DNA of 62,342 bases, counting the filler, from Babesia bigemina (taxonomy: Eukaryota): assembly GCF_000981445.1 (NCBI RefSeq). It is 14 parts of 14 records of this genome, joined end to end, with 100 filler letters (N's around TTAATTAATTAA, not from the genome) between each part and the next. Parts side by side here need not be neighbours in the genome. Positions count along the whole stretch, not along the records: positions 54,044 to 56,160 come from NW_012236943.1; positions 56,261 to 60,008 come from NW_012236944.1; positions 60,109 to 62,342 come from NW_012236945.1; 11 more parts are not named here. The stretch is one strand, 5' to 3'. Below the pieces are notes generated by a model that was not told the origin of the DNA, ran no database searches, and was given only the letters and a program-made list of their open reading frames with translations. Each line of letters starts with the position of its first letter. The stretch's first letter is position 1. A program made the translations under genes and the position numbers. This document shows positions 54,044 to 62,342 of this stretch, one piece after another.

Positions 54044-56160
54044 ATCTACTCTACATCGCTCCCTAACCCACTCTACATCGCCCCTTAACCCACTCCACAT
54101 CGCCCCTTACTCCACCTTACATCGCCCCTTTATCCACTCTACATCGCCCCTTTATCCACTCTACATCGCTCCCTTATCCACTCTACATCGCCCCTTTACC
54201 TACTCTACATCGCCCCTTAACACACTCTACATCGCCCCTTTACCCACTCTACATCGCCCCTTGGTCCACTCCACATCGCCCCTTATCCACCCTTCATCGC
54301 CCCTTTATCCACTCTACATCGCTCCTTTATTTACTCTACATCGCCCCTTAACCCACTCAGCATCGCCCCTTTATCCACTCTACATCGCCCTTTAATCACT
54401 CTACATCGCCCCGTAACCCACTCTACATCGCCCCTTAACCCACTCCACATCGCCCCTTAATCCATCCTACATCGCCCCTTATCCACTCCACATCGCCCTT
54501 TAACTCACTCTACATCGCTCCCTAACTCACCCTTCATCGCCCCTTATCCACTCTACATCGCTCCTTAACCCACTCCACATCGCTCCTTTACCCACTCTAC
54601 ATCGCTCCTTACCCACTCTACATCGCTCCCTAACCCACTCTACATCGCCCCTTAACCTCCTCTAATCGCTCTTCTATCCACTCCACATCGCTCCTTTATC
54701 CACTCTACATCGCTCCCTTACCCACTCTACATCGCTCCCTAACTCACTCTACATCGCCCCTTAACCCACTCTACATCGCTCCTTTATCCACTCTACATCG
54801 CTCCTTAACCCACCCTACATCGCCCCTTAACCCACTCTACATCGCCCCTTTACCCACTCTACATCGCTCCTTTACCCACTCTACATCGCCCCTTATCCAC
54901 TCTACATCGCTCCCTAATCCACTCCACATCGCCCCTTTACCCACTCCTCATCGCCCCTTATCCACTCTACATCGCCCCTCTACCCACTCTTCATCGCCCC
55001 TTTATCCACTCTACATCGCTCCTTAACCCACTCTACATCGCTCCTTAACCCACTCTACATCGCTCCTTTATCCACTCTACATCGCCCCTTAACTCACTCC
55101 ACATCGCTCCTTAACCCACTCTACATCGCTCCCTAACCCACTCTACATCGCCCCTTATCCACTCTACATCGCCCCTTAACCCACTCTACATCGCCCCTTT
55201 ACCCACTCTACATCGCTCCCTAACCCACTCTACATCGCTCCTTAACCCACTCTACATCGCCCCTTTAACCACTCCACATCGCTCCCTAACCCACCTTACA
55301 TCGCTCCTTATCCTCTCTACATCGCTCCTTTACCCATCTACATCGCCCCTTTATCCACTCTACATCGCCCCTTAACCACTCTACATCGCTCCCTAACCCA
55401 CTCTACATCGCTCCCTAACCCACTCTACATCGCCCCTTTATCCACTCCACATCGCCCCTTAACCCACTCTACATCCCTCCCTAACCCACTCTACATCGCT
55501 CCCTAACCCACTCTACATCGCTCCCTAACCCACTATACATCGCTCCTTCATCCACTCCACATCGCTCCCTAACCCACTGCTCATCGCCCCCTAATCCACT
55601 CTACATCGCCCCTTAACCCACTCTACATCCCTCCCTAACCCACTCTACATCGCCCCTTTATCCACTCTACATCGCTCCCTTATCCACTCCACATCGCTCC
55701 TTACTCCACTCTACATCGCCCTTTAACCCACTCTACATCGCTCCCTAATCCACTCTACATCGCTCCCTAACCCACTCTACATCGCTCCCTAACCCACTCT
55801 ACATCGCCCCTTAACCCACTCTACATCGCCCCTTAACCCACTCTACATCGCTCCTTACTCCACTCTACATCGCTCCTTTACCCACTCTACATCGCTCCCT
55901 AACCCACTCTACATCGCCCCTTTACCCACTCCACATCGCTCCCTTATCCACTCTACATCGCTCTCTTATCCACTCTACATCGCTCCCTAACCCACTCCAC
56001 ATCGCCCCTTAACCCACTCTACATCGCTCCTTTATCCACTCTACATCGCCCCTTAACCCACTCCTCATCGCCCCTTTATCCACCTTACATCGCCCCTTTA
56101 CCCACTCCACATCGCCCCTTAACCCACTCTACATCGCCCCTTTATCCACTCTACATCGCT
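54044..56160. repeat. Contig made entirely of the 23-bp repeat (C-rich strand on +)
   Basis: CCACTCTACATCGCYCCYTWAY units. Confidence 0.98.
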
Positions 56161-56261
56161 NNNNNNNNNNNNNNNNNNNNNNNNNNNNNNNNNNNNNNNN
56201 NNNNTTAATTAATTAANNNNNNNNNNNNNNNNNNNNNNNNNNNNNNNNNNNNNNNNNNNNC

Positions 56262-56438
56262 GTCGCGCTCTGGCTCCTCTCTCTCCTCTACCTCACCCAC
56301 ATCATGGTCATCCGCCTCGACCTCCTCCACATCAAGTCACACTTACACTCACCCTCATCACATCGCATAGCTGCTCAATCACTACTCGCCGCTGCACGTG
56401 TTAACAAGCTTAACAGAGTGTTTTACCTGCAACCATAA
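56262..56438 (+). CDS. ves1: VESA1-family gene, last 58 codons (tail type A)
   Basis: VALWLLSLLYLTHIMVIRLDLLHIKSHLHSPSSHRIAAQSLLAAARVNKLNRVFYLQP*. Confidence 0.9.
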   Translation, partial: VALWLLSLLYLTHIMVIRLDLLHIKSHLHSPSSHRIAAQSLLAAARVNKLNRVFYLQP

Positions 56439-56556
56439 TCGTACTCACGTGTTCAATATCTACACTCACCTAGCATCACCTACTCACCTAACTTATGAAT
56501 TGTGCTTTAATCTGTTGCATCACTCATTAATCGTTGTATGTGGTTGTGTAATAGTT

Positions 56557-57437
56557 AACTAAAGTGTTGACCAATGTGCTGCCCAATGCTGTAACTAAGG
56601 TGCTGACCAATGCCATGACCAACGTGCTGACCAAAGTGCTGACCAAGGTGCTGACCAAGGTGCTGACCAACGTGTTGACCAAAGTGGTGACCAACGTGCT
56701 GACCAAGGTGCTGACCAAAGTGGTGACCAAAGTGGTGACCAACGTGTTGACCAACGTGCTGACCAAGATGCTGACCAACGTGCTGACCAAGTTCTGACCA
56801 AAGTACTGACCAAGGTGCTGACCAAAGTACTGACCAATGTGCTGACCAATGCCATGACCAATGTGCTGACCAAGGTGCTGACCAAAGTGGTGACCAAAGT
56901 GGTGACCAACGTGTTGACCAACGTGCTGACCAACGTGCTGACCAACGTGTTGACCTAGCACCCAGGCAAAGTGCTGACTTAGCAACCAGGCAAAGTGCTA
57001 AGCTAGCAACCAGGCAACGTGCTAAGCTAGCAACCAGGCAACGTGCTAAGCTAGCAACCAGGCAAAGTGCTAAGCTAGCAACCAGGCAAAGTGCTAAGCT
57101 AGCAACCAGGCTAAGTGTTGACCTAGCAACCAGGCAAAGTGCTAACCTTGCACGCAGGCAAAGTGGTAAGCAAGCACACAAGCAACGTGCTGACCTAGCA
57201 ACCAGGCAAAGTGGTAAGCTAGCACTCAGGCAAAGTGGTAAGCTAGCACCCAGGCAAAGTGCTGACCTAGCAACCACGCAAAGTGCTAAGCTAGCACCCA
57301 GGCTAAGTGGTAAGCTGGCAACCGAGCTAAGTGCTAACCTAGCACCCAGGCAACGTGTTGACCTAGCACTCAGGCAAAGTGCTAACCTAGCAACCAGGCA
57401 AAGTGCTAAGCTAGCAACTAGGCAAAGTGCTAAGCTG
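56557..57437 (+). repeat. 12-bp repeat (56557-56952) grading into 24-bp repeat (56945-57437)
   Basis: Direct inspection. Confidence 0.95.
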
Positions 57438-57940
57438 GCGGATGAACCATAATTTGGTGGGTGTTGTAGCACGTTGATTGCCTGGTGTGTTGAGTTGTGC
57501 GTTGACTGTGAGTGGTGTCCGCGTTGCCCTTTGAGTCAGTGTCACGTGAGGCTGGGTGATTGGTCGCTAACGTAGGCGGCCGTGAGGGCCGCGGCGGGTG
57601 ACCTAAGTCGTGTGTTGCGAGTCACTGGCAGGGTGGCGTAATCGGCGTTGGCCCGGTTAAGTAGTTTTATAGGCGGCGATGTAGCGATAGTTAATATCAC
57701 ATTTAGGCACGTAGCCGACACGCTCCGCCAGCATGGCGCCGATACCGCGGCTCGTAGCACGGTGCTGCTGCACTGTGGGAGTTGAGAGCACGGGACTCGC
57801 TGCAATTTTAATGGCGTTGCGAAAAATGAATAATTTAGGGTGACAGTTGGTGCTGATCACATGCGTCGCGTCAGGGCAGCTGTGGTATCCTGGGCAGCGG
57901 GGGTGTCGGTGGCCTGGGCTGGGGGATACAGCGGTGAGGG
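57436..57940 (+). promoter_or_regulatory. Conserved ~500-bp element, copy 4
   Basis: High similarity to the other copies. Confidence 0.6.
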
Positions 57941-57949
57941 TGAGTGTTG

Positions 57950-58574
57950 ATGAGGGGACTGGGAGCGGCAGTGGTAGTGTTGCAGTTGGTGAGTGCGTTG
58001 GTAGGTGATTGATATGTTCGCAGGTTGAGGGGACTGGGCGCGGAAGTGGTAGTGTTGCAGTTGGTGAGTGCTGCTTGAGTGATTGATGTCTGCAGGCTGA
58101 GGGGAGTGGGCGCGGCAGTGGTACGTGTTGCAGTTGGTGAGTGCGTTGCTAGGTGATTGATATGTTCGCAGGTTGAGGGGACTGGGCGCGGCAGTGGTAC
58201 GTGTTGCAGTTGGTGAGTGCGTTGCTAGGTGATTTATATGTCTGCAGGTTGAGGGACTGGTAGCGGCAGTGGTACGTGTTGCAGTTGGTGAGTGCGTTGC
58301 TAGGTGATTGATATGCTTGCAGGTTGAGGGGACTGGGAGCGGCAGTGGTAGTGTTGCAGTTGGTGAGTGCGTTGCTTAGTGATTGATATGTTCGCAGGTT
58401 GAGGGGAGTGAGAAGGTAGAGGCAGTGGTAGTGTTGCAGTTGGTGAGTGCGTTGGTAGGTGATTGATATGTTCGCAGGTTGAGGGGACTGGGCGCGGAAG
58501 TGGTAGTGTTGCAGTTGGTGAGTGCTGCTTGAGTGATTGACATGTTTGCAGGTTGAGGGGAGTGGGAGGGGAAG
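57950..58574 (+). repeat. 75/76-bp intron/micro-exon-like repeat (~8-9 units)
   Basis: Same unit as 17340-17793. Confidence 0.9.
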
Positions 58575-59030
58575 ATGTCGAAGTGTAAGTGTGATAATAC
58601 ATGTCAGCCGCGTGAGTGTAGATGCTGCCAGTACTGTTGTAAGAGATGTGGTTTATGTGAAGAATGTCGTGATATATACTTTGAGCGCAAAGGTACAGGC
58701 GAATGCCATCGTTTGAAATGTCTTGGTTGTTTAACCAACTGTGTTTGTTTATGTTGCAGAAGTGATCGCTTTACTGTTACCTATACTCGTTATTACAGCA
58801 GTCCAGAGCGTGCCGGCTCTACCTCCCGTGTTGCCGCTGTCCCCGGTTCCGCCTCTCGCCCCGATTCTCAGCACCGGGTCTCCGCTCAACAGTCCTCCAC
58901 CGCTTCCACCCCCAACGTCCTCCCGTACATCATCGCCGCCGTCGCCGTCATCATCATCGTCGTCGTCTGCGTCATGATCTACTTCCGCATCCGGCCGTTC
59001 CACAGGGTGCGGTATCTACTGCGCAGCTGA
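58575..59030 (+). CDS. Small 18-Cys hypervariable single-TM protein, copy 4 (151 aa)
   Basis: Same scaffold, start context and YFRIRPFHRVRYLLRS tail. Confidence 0.85.
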   Translation: MSKCKCDNTCQPRECRCCQYCCKRCGLCEECRDIYFERKGTGECHRLKCLGCLTNCVCLCCRSDRFTVTYTRYYSSPERAGSTSRVAAVPGSASRPDSQHRVSAQQSSTASTPNVLPYIIAAVAVIIIVVVCVMIYFRIRPFHRVRYLLRS

Positions 59031-59119
59031 TCAGAATAACCTAACTGGCAACAGACATCTAATGTTGTAGACAGTGATGATCGCGTTGATGGCCAATCAG
59101 AAGAGCAGTGAGGTGACCT

Positions 59120-60300
59120 AGCACCTGACCTAGGTGGTGACTAACGTGCTGACCAAAGTGGTGACCAATGCCATGACCAGAGTGCTGACCTATGTGCTGA
59201 CCAAAGTGGTGACCTATGTGCTGACCAAAGTGGTGACCTACCACCTGACCAAGTTAATGGTCACGGCAGCGATGACATTGTTATGGTCACGGCAGCGATG
59301 ACATGGACACGGCAGCGGTGACATGGTTACGGCAGCGATGACATGGTCACGGCAGCGATGACATGGGCACAGCAGCGATGACATGGGCACAGCAGCGATG
59401 ACATGGTTACGGCAGCGATGACATGGTACGGCAGCCATAACTTGGTTACGGCAGCGATGACATGGTAACGGCAGCGATGACATGGTCACGGCAGCGATGA
59501 CATGGTCACGGCAGCGATGACATGGTCACGGCAGCGATGACTGGTCACGGCAGCGATGACAGTGGTGACCAAGCACCTGACCTAAGTGGTGATTATTATC
59601 CACTCTACATCGCCCCTTTATCCACTCTACATCGCCCCTTTATCCACTCTACATCGCTCCCTAACCCACTCCACATCGCTCCCTAATCCACTCCACATCG
59701 CCCCTTTACCCACTCTACATCGCCCCTTAACCCACTCTACATCGCTCCCTAATCCACTCTACATCGCCCCTTTATCCACTCTACATCGCCCCTTTATCCA
59801 CTCTACATCGCTCCCTAACCCACTCTACATCGCTCCTTAATCCACTCTACATCGCTCCTTAATCCACTCTACATCGCTCCCTAACCCACTCTACATCGCC
59901 CCTTTACCCACTCTACATCGCTCCTTAACCCACTCCACATCGCCCGAATAACCTTGCATATTAACGCTATGACCTCTATAAACCATAGCAATAACTTGTG
60001 CTTTGTCCNNNNNNNNNNNNNNNNNNNNNNNNNNNNNNNNNNNNNNNNNNNNTTAATTAATTAANNNNNNNNNNNNNNNNNNNNNNNNNNNNNNNNNNNN
60101 NNNNNNNNACCCACTCTACATCGCTCCCTAATCCACTCTACATCGCCCCCTAATCCACTCTACATCGCCCCTTTATCCACTCTACATCGCCCCTTTATCC
60201 ACTCTACATCGCCCCTTTATCCACTCTACATCGCCCCTTACCCACTCTACATCGCTCCCTAACCCACTCTACATCGCTCCCTAATCCACTCTACATCCCT
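59120..60300. repeat. Composite array: 12-bp (59120-59255), 20-bp (59258-59562), 23-bp (59598-59946, and 60109-60300 after the linker)
   Basis: Direct inspection; mirror image of the minus-strand modules. Confidence 0.95.
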
Positions 60301-60487
60301 TGAATCACCTCGCCATAATACCCCTATGACCTTTATAAACCATCACAATAACTTGTGCCTTGTCACCCTTCTCTTCCCCTCTTCCACCTCTTGCCACTGC
60401 CATGTCCCATCATATTCACCCTAAGTCCAAATTCCTCGAATTACTTCGTCTTATTAACGCTATGACCTCCATAAACCTTTATAATAA

Positions 60488-62342
60488 CTTGTTGATACTG
60501 ACCATTCTCTTACTGACGATGCTACTAAAAAAGCCTTGCAGGACATTGACTCCAAGATTGTCCAGCTTGGTCACCTTGCTGGTCAACTTGGCGCTTTTGT
60601 TGGTGAGGGTGACAGTGTTAAGAAAGCCGTTGAGAATGCTATTATCGCCCAAATTAACAGTAATGAAGAGCTTATAAAGCTTTACTCTTCTCTTGTTACT
60701 AACCTTTCTGTGTCTGTCAACCCTGCTGGCCAGACTGATGACACCGCTGTAATTGGTCCACTTCAAGTTGAAGTGTCTAAAAAAATTGCTGAAATTACTG
60801 ACCAAATTACGCAACTTGAACAGCAAAATAAGCTTAATAATCACTCTCTTCCTTCCCCCTCTCCCTCTGCTGAGCTAGCCAAATTGCATTCCAAGTTGGA
60901 GGCTTTGAAGGAAGTGGAGAAGCTTTGTGGATTTTTGACTAATTCTAATAAGCAGCAAAATAACCCTACTAATAATATTTTAACGCATTTATGTGACGGC
61001 CTCGAAACTTTCCTCGGCTTCAACTCTGAGACTAAAGGCTACGACGGCTCTGGCATTGTGTACTCCGACCTGGATAGGCTGTGTGACGGGGTGATGGGAT
61101 TTTTGAGTGGTGTTCTCAGTAACATCCACAAGCATTTAGGGCAGCATAAAGAGACAATTAATGAAGCAATTACATCACTTAACACCAATAAACACCTTGG
61201 TAAAAAAGGTTTTAATGTTGCGATTGGAAAGGTGGTCGCAGGGGTGCGGGGGTATAATGAGAAGGTGAAGAGGTCAAATGATGATGTCAAGGGCAAGATA
61301 GAAGACTTGTATAACTACGTCAAGACTGAAAATGGAGGTAAGTTACGTAGTGAAATTCAAAATATGCAGGACCCGGAAAATCCCCTTTACTTCGAGTCTG
61401 CTGTGTTTAACGCCGAGAATCTAGTTAAGCAAGCTGTTGCCAAATCAACGCACTTTGCAACTGAGCTTAATAGAGCAACTAAAGACATCAATGATTTTAA
61501 TTTAGATTGCAAAACTAATGTAAATCACGCACTGAAAAATGTTAAGCACGAAACCGAGCGACTGGAGCAGTCCGCTGCTAAGGAGGGTCGGGAGCTGAAG
61601 GCGACGGAAGATGTAATCAAGACAACGCTTGATATTGCTAAGCAGAAGATTAATGAGAGCATTAAGGTAGACGTGAAAAAGCTCATCGAAAAAGTTAAGA
61701 CTGCATTACAGAGTATTTTGACTCAGATGAGGAGGATTAGCAAGGAAATGCAACGATGCATCGCAGAGTTACAGGAATGGATAAGCAAGGTGGAGAAATT
61801 TCTTGGTGAAGATATTGAGAAGCACGTGAAAAAAATTGTGAAGGAAATTAATAAAGATGACTCATACGAACTGCCCAACCAAATTAAGATTGCCGTGCAG
61901 AATACAAAAACAGCAGTTGTACAGCTTAACGGCGCAGGCGAGGAGGGTAGAAAGCAAGTCGAAGATAATGTTAAAGCAGCGCTTGAGCAGGTTAAAGTGA
62001 TGAATGATAAGCTGAAGCAAGATTTGTATGCCGTTAAGCAAGCGATTAAGGGGGCAATTACTAGGTTGGGAGAAACGTTGAAAAAGAACGTTAATCAGGA
62101 CTTGGGGGCGTTGAAGGAGAAAATTACTAAAAAATTCAATCCTATTGCTACCGATGCTACGGAATTTTTCAAACATTTCAGCTCGACGAAAGGAGCGCTC
62201 GATAGAGCAATGAGAGCAGTGGCGACAGATTTGGCAAACATCAAAGATCTCTCTAGAATTGGGCGCATCACCGACGTCCTAGGTTTTGTTCCACTTCTCA
62301 CTGAGATCGGTAAAAATGGACAAAATCCATTCAGTTCTGTTA
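60488..62342 (+). CDS. ves1: VESA1-family gene, N-terminal part running off the window (absent from the ORF track); first in-frame ATG at 61094
   Basis: Manual translation LVDTDHSLTDDATKKALQDIDSKIVQLGHLAGQLG...GIVYSDLDRLCDGVMGFLSGVLSNIHKHLGQHKE... Confidence 0.88.

Noticed and set aside
54044..56160. 23-bp array as a true telomere
   Set aside because: The TTAGGG-like motif is only part of a longer unit, and the arrays lie internally between genes.

Overview
The window is 14 unordered draft contigs joined by 13 artificial 100-bp N/TTAATTAATTAA/N linkers. The DNA is piroplasm, Babesia sensu stricto, and most like B. bigemina or B. ovata (inferred from VESA1-type genes and short GT-AG introns). 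Contigs 1-5 hold a putative GPI-anchored protein, a divergent alpha-tubulin, a CS-domain protein and ves fragments. Contigs 6-7 (12096-16250) are pSMART-LCAmp cloning-vector contamination. From 16351 onward the sequence is a variant-antigen locus with a strictly ordered, fixed-polarity layout: ves gene > 12/24-bp repeats > conserved ~500-bp element > 75-bp intron/micro-exon-like repeats > small 18-cysteine hypervariable membrane-protein gene > orphan TM-tail cassettes > 12-bp > 20-bp > conserved junction > G-rich 23-bp array > conserved leader > next ves frame, which has no ATG at its 5' end. The best candidate for an undescribed system is this ves-linked 18-Cys gene family together with its repeat and cassette architecture. 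All functional interpretations are inference, and no database searches were run.
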